Part shown: piece after piece, positions 29,656 through 41,154 of the stretch | Layout: each line of letters starts with the position of its first letter | Position numbering within the stretch: the stretch's first letter is position 1 | Assembly (NCBI GenBank): GCA_014859105.1 | Contig: JACUUX010000005.1 | Coordinates: 1,759-65,758 of the forward strand | Length of the DNA stretch: 64,000 nucleotides | Direction: 5' to 3' | Source: Nitrospirota bacterium | GTDB lineage: Bacteria > Nitrospirota > Thermodesulfovibrionia > Thermodesulfovibrionales > SM23-35 | Program-made: the position numbers and the translations under genes | The notes under the pieces: generated by a model | What the model was told of the DNA's origin: nothing | What the model saw: only the letters and a program-made list of their open reading frames with translations | Database searches by the model: none

Positions 29656-30915
29656 ATGACAATTACTGAAAAAATTCTTGCTGTACATTGTGGCAAGAAA
29701 AAGGTTTTCCCTGGAGAACTGATAAATGCAAAGGTTGACCTTATTCTTGCCAATGATATAACTGCTCCGATTGCAATTTCAGAGTTCAAAAGGATCGGGG
29801 CAAAAAATGTCTTTGATAGAGACCGTATAGCTTTTATCCCCGATCATTTCGCCCCCCAGAAAGATATCAAGGCAGCAGAGCAGTGCAAAATTTTAAAAGA
29901 ATTTTCAAGAGAATATAAGCTCGGTCTTTATTTTGAAGTTGGAAGGATGGGGATCGAACATGCACTTCTCCCCGAAGAAGGTCTTGTTGTGCCGGGAGAT
30001 CTCATTATCGGCGCCGACAGCCATACATGCACATATGGCGCACTCGGTGCATTCTCAACAGGCGTTGGTTCAACGGATGTGGCAACAGCCATGGCAACAG
30101 GTGAATGCTGGTTTAAGGTGCCTGAATCGATGAAATTCGTATATTACGGGAAACTCAATAAATGGGTTGGCGGGAAAGACCTGATACTCCATACAATTGG
30201 AGATATAGGTGTTGATGGTGCGATTTACAGAGCAATGGAATTTCAGGGAGAAGTTATAAGAAACCTTCCGATGTATGGAAGGTTAACTATGTGTAATATG
30301 GCGATAGAAGCAGGGGGAAAAAACGGGATTATTGTTCCCGATAGAATAACAAAATTGTATGTGACAAAAAGGGCCAAAAGACCTCCTGTATTTTATAATT
30401 CAAATAAAAATGTAAAGTACATTGAGGTTCGCGAATATGATTGTTCAAAGATCCCTCTAACGGTCTCCTGTCCACATCTTCCATCAAATGCAAGACCCGC
30501 AGCTGAATTGTTCGAAGTTGCCATTGATCAGGTTGTCATAGGCTCCTGTACAAACGGCCGTCTCGAAGATTTAAGGGAGGCTGCGGCGGTCATAAGGGGC
30601 AGAAAAGTGAATCCGAATGTAAGGATGATAGTGATACCCGCTACGCAGAAGATATACCGGCGGGCTATGAAGGAGGGGTTACTTGATATTTTCATAGAAG
30701 CCGAGGCAGTGGTATCAACACCAACCTGTGGCCCATGCCTTGGAGGTCATATGGGTGTACTCGCAAAAGGTGAAAGGGCTATTGCAACGACAAACAGGAA
30801 TTTTATTGGCAGGATGGGACATCCTGAGAGTGAGGTATATCTCTCCAATCCGGCAGTTGCGGCAGTATCAGCAGTACTCGGGAGAATCGGGACACCGGAG
30901 GAATTAGGATTATAA
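29656..30915 (+). CDS. leuC: aconitase-family dehydratase large subunit (3-isopropylmalate / homoaconitate dehydratase type)
   Basis: 419 aa with DSHT, the Cys ligands GSCTNGR, and CGPCLG. No small subunit is adjacent. Confidence 0.8.
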   Translation: MTITEKILAVHCGKKKVFPGELINAKVDLILANDITAPIAISEFKRIGAKNVFDRDRIAFIPDHFAPQKDIKAAEQCKILKEFSREYKLGLYFEVGRMGIEHALLPEEGLVVPGDLIIGADSHTCTYGALGAFSTGVGSTDVATAMATGECWFKVPESMKFVYYGKLNKWVGGKDLILHTIGDIGVDGAIYRAMEFQGEVIRNLPMYGRLTMCNMAIEAGGKNGIIVPDRITKLYVTKRAKRPPVFYNSNKNVKYIEVREYDCSKIPLTVSCPHLPSNARPAAELFEVAIDQVVIGSCTNGRLEDLREAAAVIRGRKVNPNVRMIVIPATQKIYRRAMKEGLLDIFIEAEAVVSTPTCGPCLGGHMGVLAKGERAIATTNRNFIGRMGHPESEVYLSNPAVAAVSAVLGRIGTPEELGL

Positions 30916-30964
30916 AGTTTAAATAAGTATAAAATTATAATAACCGATTATTAGGAGTAACAGA

Positions 30965-31423
30965 ATGTCCCCCGAAGAAAAACTCAAAGAACTTGGCATT
31001 GAATTCCCTGAGGCACCTTCGCCTCTCGGCTGTTATATTCCTTTTGTCAGAACAGGAAACCTTGTTTTCCTCAGTGGAATATTGCCCTTGATAGAAGGCA
31101 AACTTTTAAGGCAAGGAAAAGTTGGTGAGAATATAAAAATTGATGAGGCAAGGGAAGATGCAAGGATTGCCACAATTAATGCTCTGTCAATATTGAAATC
31201 GAACCTTGGCAGTCTTAGCAACGTCAAAAAATGCATTAAGATTACAGGTTATGTTGCATCGGCACCTGATTTTATAGACCAACCGGAGGTCTTGAATGCA
31301 GCATCTGATTTGCTTTTTGAAGTTTTCGGTGAAGGCGGCAGGCATGTACGGTCAGCTGTAGGGGTAAACGTGCTCCCTCTTAATTCTCCGGTGGAGATTA
31401 AGTTTATCTTCCAAATTATATGA
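30965..31423 (+). CDS. RidA/YjgF family protein
   Basis: 152 aa with the family C-terminal pattern R.AVGV..LP....VEI. Confidence 0.75.
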   Translation: MSPEEKLKELGIEFPEAPSPLGCYIPFVRTGNLVFLSGILPLIEGKLLRQGKVGENIKIDEAREDARIATINALSILKSNLGSLSNVKKCIKITGYVASAPDFIDQPEVLNAASDLLFEVFGEGGRHVRSAVGVNVLPLNSPVEIKFIFQII

Positions 31424-31457
31424 TTACTAAGGCGGCTATAAGTAAAGCTACATTGAT

Positions 31458-31522
31458 GTCATTCCCGCTTGTCGGGAATCTTTCTGAAAAAACCAGAAGG
31501 ATTGCGGACAAGCCGCAATGAC
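31458..31522. repeat. GTCAT...ATGAC family copy 6
   Basis: GTCATTCCCGCTTGTCGGGAATCTTTCTGAAAAAACCAGAAGGATTGCGGACAAGCCGCAATGAC. Confidence 0.85.
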
Positions 31523-31586
31523 AGAAAGTGATATGAATGTCGCCTTACTAATGACCGCATTAGTAATTAACAGATATAAAAAGAGA

Positions 31587-32135
31587 ATGAACCATCTTTC
31601 AACTTACAATGTAAAACTTGGCTATCTCACAAGCAATCTAAAAAAGCGCGATCAGGCAACATATAACCAGGCAATTCAGTATTTAGAGGATATTTTTAAG
31701 AATCACGGTCAAAAACTGCAAGAGGTTAAAGAGCTTGCCTGGAAGATAAAAGAAGGTTTTGAAAAGATAAGCCCTCTCATTCAAAAATTCACCGGGGAAA
31801 TTTGTCCTACCTGTAAAGATGTATGTTGTATAAATAAACATGGTTTTTATAATTTTGAAGACCTTATCTATCTGCATTCTCTCGGATTAAGTCCGCCTGA
31901 TTATAAATTTCAAGGAGATGAGCTGGACCCCTGTCAGTTCCTCTCCTCAAGGGGATGCATTCTTGAACGTCAATTTCGTCCTTCCGGATGTAACTGGTAC
32001 TTCTGCGATCCCCTGCTTGAACATATGGAGAAAATTCCGGAATATGAGGAATTTGATGGTTCCCTGACAGCGCTGGCCGAACTCTGGATAGAATTAATTG
32101 ATCAATTCAGCAATGCTATTATGAAAATAGATTAA
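31587..32135 (+). CDS. YkgJ-family CxxCxxCC cysteine-cluster protein
   Basis: CPTCKDVCC plus downstream Cys pairs. The start is uncertain: the track ORF begins at 31518 inside the repeat. Confidence 0.5.
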   Translation: MNHLSTYNVKLGYLTSNLKKRDQATYNQAIQYLEDIFKNHGQKLQEVKELAWKIKEGFEKISPLIQKFTGEICPTCKDVCCINKHGFYNFEDLIYLHSLGLSPPDYKFQGDELDPCQFLSSRGCILERQFRPSGCNWYFCDPLLEHMEKIPEYEEFDGSLTALAELWIELIDQFSNAIMKID

Positions 32136-32222
32136 AATCAGATAACCTGTGATAAAAATTATTTGATACTCTATAATTATTCATAGTCTTTAAATAACAG
32201 ATGGTTAATATGGAGGTTTATA

Positions 32223-32411
32223 ATGAGTATTCAACCTAAGGGTGAAGATCTGAGAAAAGCTGTCAGATGGATATCTGATGAACTTCAATCCGGAACAGAT
32301 GTTAAACTTTCCAGTTTAATTGAAGAAGCATGTATCAAGTTTAATATATCACCTGCGGATTCAGAATTTCTCTTTAACTTTTTTAGTGAAAAGGACAAAA
32401 AGGAAAGCTAA
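32223..32411 (+). CDS. hypothetical small acidic protein (62 aa)
   Basis: ORF with GGAGG-like RBS; no motif recognised. Confidence 0.35.
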   Translation: MSIQPKGEDLRKAVRWISDELQSGTDVKLSSLIEEACIKFNISPADSEFLFNFFSEKDKKES

Positions 32412-32460
32412 TCCACTTATTTCTTTCTCCTTAAAACTAAATTTAACCTTAATGGTCAAT

Positions 32461-32583
32461 TAATACAAACGCATTAAGTAAAATGTCATTGCGAGGAGCG
32501 CTAGCGATGTGGCAATCCCAAAAACGAGATTGCTTCGCTTCGCTCGCAATGACAATGTAAAGATATTAAGTGCGTTTGTATTA
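32461..32583. repeat. ~123-bp element: CATTGCGAGG...GCAATGAC core flanked by 13-17-bp inverted repeats
   Basis: Core is GTCATTGCGAGGAGCGCTAGCGATGTGGCAATCC...GAGATTGCTTCGCTTCGCTCGCAATGAC. Outer inverted repeat is TAATACAAACGCA / TGCGTTTGTATTA. Confidence 0.75.
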
Positions 32584-32611
32584 GTTGTAAAAATATTCAA
32601 AAATAATTTTT

Positions 32612-33943
32612 ATGGCGAAACCAATTGTCGTTATAGTAGGCAGGCAAAATGTTGGCAAGTCCACGTTGTTTAACAGGATGACCCGGACATATAGTGCTAT
32701 TGTAGAGTCTATCCCCGGTGTCACAAGGGACAGAAACTATCTTGATGCCGAATGGGAAGGCAAAAAATTTATCGTAGTTGATACCGGCGGTTTCTATGCA
32801 GAACCTCCCGGGGATATCTTTTCTCAGATTAAAGAACATGCAATGTTTGCGATTGATGAAGGTGATGTAATAATCCACCTGTTCGATGGAAAAGACGGTC
32901 TTACACCTTCTGATGTGGAACTTTCATGGTTGCTCAGGTCATCCGGTAAAAAAATACTCTGGGTTGTTAATAAAATTGACTCGCCAAAGCATGAAGAAAG
33001 GCTCTATAACTTCTATAAAATAGGTGCGGAGGAGTTATGGCCGGTTTCTGCCCTTACCGGATATGGATATGATGATTTTATGGATAAACTTGTTTCTTTA
33101 TTGCCAGCCTGTGTCGAGGAAAAAATCGATTATCCGAAAATTGCAGTTGTAGGAAGACCAAATGTTGGAAAATCAACTCTGATAAATACTCTGATCGGGA
33201 AAAAAAGGATGATCGTGAGTCCTGTTCCCGGAACAACGAGAGATTCTGTCGACAGCATCTGCACATATTATGGCAGGAGTTATATGTTAATAGACACAGC
33301 GGGAATCAGAAAAAAGAACAGGGCTGGCTATTCAATCGAGAGATTCTCGGTTGCAAGGGCAATAAGGAGCATAAATAGATGCGACGTTGCTTTAATTGTT
33401 TTAGATGCAACGGAGGGTATTGTAGAACAGGATCAAAGAATAGCAGGCATTGTTGAAAATTATGGCAAGGGAGCAATATTTCTCCTGAACAAATGGGACA
33501 TTATTGATACTCATGAAGACTCGTATAAGAAATTGACTGAAGAAATAAAAAGGAAGATGTGGTTCATGTATTATGTGCCGGTTCTAACCGTATCAGCTCT
33601 GGAGAAAAAACGAGTTGCAAAGATTTTTCCAATAATTGATGAGATAATTAAAGAACGAAAAACGAGAATACCAACTGCTGATTTAAACAGTTACTTCAGG
33701 GAAATTATAACCAAAATGTCTCTGCCTTTATATAAGGGTAAGCCAGTAAAGCTTTATTATATAACACAGGTCAAGACAGAGCCTCCTGCTTTTGTATTGT
33801 TTACAAACTATCCTGCTGCGATCAAGGAGTCGTATATGCGGTATATGGAAAAGGTCTTAAGGGATCATTTTCAATTTAAAGGAACACCTGTGAGAATATT
33901 TATAAAAGCAAGAGGACGGAAAATTCGTGAAAAAAAAGATTAA
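32612..33943 (+). CDS. der: ribosome-associated GTPase Der/EngA
   Basis: Two G domains (GRQNVGKST, GRPNVGKST) and a KH-like C-terminus. Confidence 0.95.
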   Translation: MAKPIVVIVGRQNVGKSTLFNRMTRTYSAIVESIPGVTRDRNYLDAEWEGKKFIVVDTGGFYAEPPGDIFSQIKEHAMFAIDEGDVIIHLFDGKDGLTPSDVELSWLLRSSGKKILWVVNKIDSPKHEERLYNFYKIGAEELWPVSALTGYGYDDFMDKLVSLLPACVEEKIDYPKIAVVGRPNVGKSTLINTLIGKKRMIVSPVPGTTRDSVDSICTYYGRSYMLIDTAGIRKKNRAGYSIERFSVARAIRSINRCDVALIVLDATEGIVEQDQRIAGIVENYGKGAIFLLNKWDIIDTHEDSYKKLTEEIKRKMWFMYYVPVLTVSALEKKRVAKIFPIIDEIIKERKTRIPTADLNSYFREIITKMSLPLYKGKPVKLYYITQVKTEPPAFVLFTNYPAAIKESYMRYMEKVLRDHFQFKGTPVRIFIKARGRKIREKKD

Positions 33944-33955
33944 GCAGTTTATTTG

Positions 33956-34768
33956 ATGAGATATTTTAAGCTCCTCATAAAAAGTTTTATGGATTTTTTT
34001 AGAGATGGCGGGATGATACTCGCAGGTTCTATCTCGTATTTTTTTATGATGGCTTTCCTTCCTCTTTGTATTTTTCTAATAACTATATTCGGATATATCC
34101 TCGGATATTACCATGGATTCTATGAATTCTTTTCTAACAGGCTTATAAATCTTTTTCCTGAAATTACATCAGAAATTACCGATGAACTGAGGAAACTTAT
34201 AATATTCAGGGGTATCGGGACACTCAGCATAATTTTATATGGGATCCTTTCATATCAGGTTTTTGCCTCACTCGAAAATGCAATGAATACTATTTTCAAA
34301 GTGGGAAAAAAGAGGTCTTTTTTGTGGTCAATCATCGTTTCCCTGTCCATTGTAACACTCATTATCCTGATACTTATTATTTCGTTTATGGCAACATCTC
34401 TCATACCCTTTTTAAAAACTTTAAGGCATATTTTCCCTGAATTAAGGATGGGCATTATTACAGCATTTCTCATACGGTATGTGGTTCCTTTTTTAATGGT
34501 CTTATTCACCTTTTCTGTGGTTTATATCTTTTTCCCAAAAACCAAAATCAAAATTTCACATGCACTCACAGGTGCCCTTTTTACTACTGTTTTCCTCGAG
34601 ATTGCAAAACATATTTTCACATGGTATGTGGGAAATATTGTACAATTTGGAACAATTTACGGGCCTTTGAGTGCATTTGTTATTTTTTTACTCTGGGTCT
34701 ATTACTCTTCCTGTATCCTTTTAATAGGTGCGGAAATAGTACATAACCTTTCTGTTAATAAAAAATAG
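33956..34768 (+). CDS. YihY/BrkB family membrane protein
   Basis: Six hydrophobic segments and the C-terminal LLWVYYSSCILLIGAE pattern. Confidence 0.75.
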   Translation: MRYFKLLIKSFMDFFRDGGMILAGSISYFFMMAFLPLCIFLITIFGYILGYYHGFYEFFSNRLINLFPEITSEITDELRKLIIFRGIGTLSIILYGILSYQVFASLENAMNTIFKVGKKRSFLWSIIVSLSIVTLIILILIISFMATSLIPFLKTLRHIFPELRMGIITAFLIRYVVPFLMVLFTFSVVYIFFPKTKIKISHALTGALFTTVFLEIAKHIFTWYVGNIVQFGTIYGPLSAFVIFLLWVYYSSCILLIGAEIVHNLSVNKK

Positions 34769-34802
34769 TTTCTACCAAAACAATAAAGCGGTATAATACT
34801 AA

Positions 34803-35139
34803 ATGATCAAACTCAGGGAAGCCTCAGTTAAAGGAGCACTTATAACAAGGCAGCAATTGAATCAGGCCGTGGAGAGGCAGGTAATATTATGTGATAACAG
34901 AATTAAGGCTATTACATGCACTCGAAAGATATTACAGTATAAAACGTGACTTACGCTATGCAGGCTTAACCGATAGATTCAATCCTGAAACAAAAGTTGA
35001 AGAAAGCTTTATTGATAAAATCAAATTTGCATTTACAGAGGTTAAGGATACTGAAGAAATTGCAGGTATTCTGGTAAATGATGCGTATAAATTAGCTTCG
35101 AGAGCAGCGATCAGATTGAAGATACAAGGCACAAAATAA
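34803..35139 (+). pseudogene. possible frameshifted small gene with T2SSE_N/MshEN-like repeats
   Basis: A 48-codon ORF (34803..34949, ...GALITRQQLNQAVERQVIL) overlaps the +1-frame ORF 34891..35139 (VITELRLLHALERYY...). Joined, they read as one domain. Confidence 0.3.
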
Positions 35140-35175
35140 TTGAGATTGCAGAGATGAAGGTTTAAGAAAATCAAA

Positions 35176-35868
35176 ATGGCTGTCCTGATAATTAAGAACA
35201 TAGAAACAGAGGGGCCCGGAACAATAGAGGATTATCTCAGGAGAGAAGATGTATCTTTCAGTATAATAGAACTCGGTTCAGGCGAAACACCCCCTTCTTT
35301 AGAGGAATTCGACACATTAGTTATTTTGGGTGGACCTATGGGAGTATACGAGATGGATGAATATCCGCATCTGATGGCGGAGTCACGTCTTATAAGGGAA
35401 GCTATAAACAGGGAATTAAAGGTGCTTGGCATATGCCTCGGTTCACAGATGATCGCCTACTGTCTCGGCGCTGAAATTTATCCTGCTCCCAAAAAAGAGA
35501 CCGGCTGGTACCATATAGAACTCACAGGGGAAGGATTAAAAGATCCCCTTATGAGACAGCTTGCTATCCATCCGGGAGTAGGCGATTTCTGGAGGCGATT
35601 CAAGGTTTTCCACTGGCACGGTGATACCTTTGATCTTCCATCCGGTGCTTTTTTGTTGGCCAGTTCTATCCTTTATAAAAATCAGGCATTCAGATACGGA
35701 AATAAAGTATATGGCTTTCAGTTTCATCTGGAGGCCACAACAGATATGATCCTTTACTGGTCTAAAGGCTTGCCGGATATAGATAAGATGTCAAAAGAAA
35801 CAGAAAAGATATATGAAGAATATTCAGGAAGGGCTTTAAGATTTTATAAGGCCTTTTTCGGAAAATGA
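35176..35868 (+). CDS. class I glutamine amidotransferase-like protein
   Basis: Nucleophile elbow GICLGSQ, later HWH. Confidence 0.7.
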   Translation: MAVLIIKNIETEGPGTIEDYLRREDVSFSIIELGSGETPPSLEEFDTLVILGGPMGVYEMDEYPHLMAESRLIREAINRELKVLGICLGSQMIAYCLGAEIYPAPKKETGWYHIELTGEGLKDPLMRQLAIHPGVGDFWRRFKVFHWHGDTFDLPSGAFLLASSILYKNQAFRYGNKVYGFQFHLEATTDMILYWSKGLPDIDKMSKETEKIYEEYSGRALRFYKAFFGK

Positions 35869-35895
35869 TGCATTAGAAAATCAGGAGGTAGGAAA

Positions 35896-37251
35896 ATGCC
35901 CAGAAAGAAAAACAAAAACAATTTACAAAAATCAAGGGACAAGAAAGATGTAATGGAACTGATAAAAAAACATGATGTCAAGTTTATAAGACTATGGTTC
36001 GCAGACATTCATGGTCAACTCAAAAGCTTCGCAATACCCGTGGATGAACTAGAATTTGCCTTTAATGAAGGCATGGGGTTTGACGGTTCTTCAATAAAGG
36101 GTTTTGCAAGGATTGACGAGAGTGATATGATTGCGAGGCCAGACCCCACAACATGTGTAATACTTCCATGGCGGCCTAAAGAGAAGGCGGTCGCAAGAAT
36201 GTTTTGCGATATCTATGAACCCGATGGATCACCTTACAAAGGTGATCCAAGATATATCCTCAAGCTAAATCTTGATAAGGCAAAACAGGAAGGTTATACA
36301 TTTTATGTTGGACCTGAACTTGAATACTTCTATTTTAAATCAGATAAAAGCACAGAGCCACTCGATGAGGGCGGTTATTTCGATTATCCTACAGATGCAG
36401 CAGAAGACCTCAGAAGGGATACAATTCTTGCTCTGGAATCAATGGGGATAAAGGTTGAATATTCACACCATGAGGTAGCCCATTCCCAGCATGAAATAGA
36501 TTTAAGATATGAAGATGCTCTTAAAATGGCTGATATAGTAATGACTTACAGGGTAATCGTAAAGGAAATAGCCAAACAGTATAATGTTTATGCCACATTC
36601 ATGCCCAAGCCAATATATGGACAGAACGGAAGCGGTATGCATACGCACCAGTCCCTTTTTAAAGACGGCCAGAATGCATTTTTTGATCCGAAGGATCAGT
36701 ATTTCCTATCGGACACAGCAAAGAAATACATTGCAGGACTCCTTACTCACGTAAAAGAGATTACGCTTGCTTTGAATCAATGGATTAACTCTTATAAGAG
36801 ACTGGTCCCTGGTTATGAAGCCCCCGTTTACATATGCTGGGCAAGGCGTAACAGGTCAACCCTTGTCAGGGTTCCGCTTTACAAGCCTGGCAAGGAAAAA
36901 GCAACAAGGGTTGAACTGAGGTCACCGGATCCTGCCTGTAATCCTTATCTCGCCTTCGCCTGTATGTTGAATGCCGGGTTAAAGGGCATAGAAAGAAATT
37001 ATCATCTTCCTGAACCAGTTGAAATGGATGTTTATCATCTTTCAGAAGAAGAAAGGGCAAAGTACAATATAGATTGCCTGCCGGGAAGTCTTAACAGGGC
37101 AATAGAATATGCAGAAAACAGTGAACTTCTGAGAGAGACCCTCGGCGACCATATTTTTGAGCAGTTAATAATCAGTAAGAAGGTTGAATGGGATGACTAC
37201 CGAATAAGGATTTTTCCATACGAAATAAAGCGGTATCTGCCCATTCTTTAA
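35896..37251 (+). CDS. glnA: glutamine synthetase type I
   Basis: FDGSSI, GSGMHTHQS, NPYL, and an AGGAGG RBS. Confidence 0.95.
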   Translation: MPRKKNKNNLQKSRDKKDVMELIKKHDVKFIRLWFADIHGQLKSFAIPVDELEFAFNEGMGFDGSSIKGFARIDESDMIARPDPTTCVILPWRPKEKAVARMFCDIYEPDGSPYKGDPRYILKLNLDKAKQEGYTFYVGPELEYFYFKSDKSTEPLDEGGYFDYPTDAAEDLRRDTILALESMGIKVEYSHHEVAHSQHEIDLRYEDALKMADIVMTYRVIVKEIAKQYNVYATFMPKPIYGQNGSGMHTHQSLFKDGQNAFFDPKDQYFLSDTAKKYIAGLLTHVKEITLALNQWINSYKRLVPGYEAPVYICWARRNRSTLVRVPLYKPGKEKATRVELRSPDPACNPYLAFACMLNAGLKGIERNYHLPEPVEMDVYHLSEEERAKYNIDCLPGSLNRAIEYAENSELLRETLGDHIFEQLIISKKVEWDDYRIRIFPYEIKRYLPIL

Positions 37252-37290
37252 CCCAGAAAATGCAACTTTCAGGTTAAGAAATAGTTTTCA

Positions 37291-39483
<2,193 letters not shown>

Positions 39484-39532
39484 AAAATTGCAGTCAAGAT
39501 AGGACATTCTTTTGCAGGTTTCAATAAATATA

Positions 39533-40666
39533 TTATATGCGGATTTTATATTCTCTTATCTTCGACCTTAAGGTATTACGGTTTATCCCGAGCGTCCTTG
39601 CAGTCTTAAGCTGGTTAAACCCGGTTTCTTTAAGGACTATTGCGATCAGTGATCTTTCAACCTCTGAAAGTACAGTATTATAAAGATTACAGTTTTCGAG
39701 TTTTGTCATTTCTTTAATATATCGTCTAAGTTTTTCTTCGAGAAAATCTTTTATAGAGTATGAACTGATATCCTCTATCAGGAGGTCTTTCTTGGTTATA
39801 ACAGGGCCGTTGGATAGAATCGCTGCTTTCTTCAGAGTATTTTCAAGTTCCCGTATGTTACCGGGCCAGTCGTATTTTTCAAGGAAGTCTATTGCATCTT
39901 TTGAAAGTTCTTTCTCTCCTGTATCGAATTTTTTAACCGCTTCTTTCAGAAGATATTTTGCAATGGGCAAAATATCTTCTTTCCTCTCTCTCAGATGCGG
40001 CATCTTAATATGCGCTGTATTGAAAATTTTATAAAGGTCCTCTCTGAATTGACCTTTATAAGTGAGTTCTTTTAGGTTTTTACTGGTTGAACCGATCACC
40101 CTGACATCCGAATTTAAACTCTCACCGGTGCCGGTATGATCAATCGCTCCTTCCCTCATAAAACGGCAAAGCTTTTCCTGGAGGTCAATATCCAGTTCTG
40201 ATATCTCATCAATGAACAATGTTCCCCGGTTTGCCTCTTCTATCTTACTGTATCTCTTTTCGGCAGCTTTCGAAAATGCCCCTTTTTCATATCCAAACAA
40301 TTCTAATCCGACTATCTCAATTGGAACGGATACCAGGCTGACTGCAATAAAAGGACCTTTTGATCGCAGGCTGTTATAGTGAATTGCCCTTGCTGCAAGT
40401 TCCTTATAAGTTCCATTTTCGCCTGTTATGAGAACTGTAACGTCTTTTCGTGATATTTTTTTAATCTCTCTGAAGACCTTAAGTATCTTTTTACTCTTGC
40501 CCATTATCTGTGGAGGTTGAACAAAAACATCCATGTCTAAACAGAACTCCGTTTGAATATCTCTATTAAAATTTACAAGAGGGAAAAATGCTTTATCGAA
40601 GGAACTACAAGTTCCTGTATACCCCAAAACTATGATGACTTTATCATAAGAAGGCAAATTTTGCAA
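39533..40666 (-). CDS. sigma-54 enhancer-binding-protein-like regulator (AAA+ plus Fis HTH) with degenerate catalytic motifs
   Basis: GENGTYKE replaces GESGTGKE and GAFSKA replaces GAFTGA. Walker B is GTLFIDEI. C-terminal HTH is TARTLGINRNTLRSKI. TTG start and no receiver domain. Confidence 0.7.
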   Translation of the reverse strand: MQNLPSYDKVIIVLGYTGTCSSFDKAFFPLVNFNRDIQTEFCLDMDVFVQPPQIMGKSKKILKVFREIKKISRKDVTVLITGENGTYKELAARAIHYNSLRSKGPFIAVSLVSVPIEIVGLELFGYEKGAFSKAAEKRYSKIEEANRGTLFIDEISELDIDLQEKLCRFMREGAIDHTGTGESLNSDVRVIGSTSKNLKELTYKGQFREDLYKIFNTAHIKMPHLRERKEDILPIAKYLLKEAVKKFDTGEKELSKDAIDFLEKYDWPGNIRELENTLKKAAILSNGPVITKKDLLIEDISSYSIKDFLEEKLRRYIKEMTKLENCNLYNTVLSEVERSLIAIVLKETGFNQLKTARTLGINRNTLRSKIREYKIRI

Positions 40667-40675
40667 GAAGTTACA

Positions 40676-40705
40676 TTGACATGGAATTTATTAAACTGGT
40701 AAAAT
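40676..40705 (+). promoter_or_regulatory. candidate sigma-70 promoter of the rpsU operon
   Basis: TTGACA (40676..40681), 18-nt spacer, TAAAAT (40700..40705). Confidence 0.4.
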
Positions 40706-40742
40706 TACCATTGACTTTTTAACAGAGAGGAGGGGTATATGG

Positions 40743-40940
40743 ATGCCCTATGTAAGGGTTCGTCAGGGTGATTCTTTCGAAAATGCACTGAAAAAGTTCA
40801 AAAAACAGTGCGAAAAAGAAGGAATACTTTCCGAGATAAAGAAGAGAGAGCATTATGAAAAGCCAAGCGTAAAAAAGAAAAAAAAGGCGATTGCTGCTCG
40901 TAAAAAGGCTGTTAAAAAAGTCAGAATGGCGGTCAGGTAA
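40743..40940 (+). CDS. rpsU: 30S ribosomal protein S21
   Basis: [31 protein letters not shown]...HYEKPS. Confidence 0.95.
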   Translation: MPYVRVRQGDSFENALKKFKKQCEKEGILSEIKKREHYEKPSVKKKKKAIAARKKAVKKVRMAVR

Positions 40941-41107
40941 TGCCCCTTCTTCAAACATTTGACGACGATCTTAAGTCTGCACTGAAAACATCGGACAACC
41001 TGAAGGTTTCTGTTCTAAGAATGCTTAAAGCAGCCCTGAAGAATAAACAGATAGATAAAAGGGGTGAATTGTCCGATGATGACATAATCTCTGTTAGAAA
41101 TTCTTGA
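40940..41107 (+). pseudogene. GatB/YqeY-domain gene remnant (internal deletion)
   Basis: A 55-codon ORF ([52 protein letters not shown]...) matches only the YqeY N-terminus. An out-of-frame ...DLVEILKIE* tail follows. Full-length YqeY proteins are roughly 150 aa. Confidence 0.6.
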
Positions 41108-41154
41108 ATATTGCGGCTTCAGAAGATTTAGTCGAAATTCTTAAAATAGAATGA

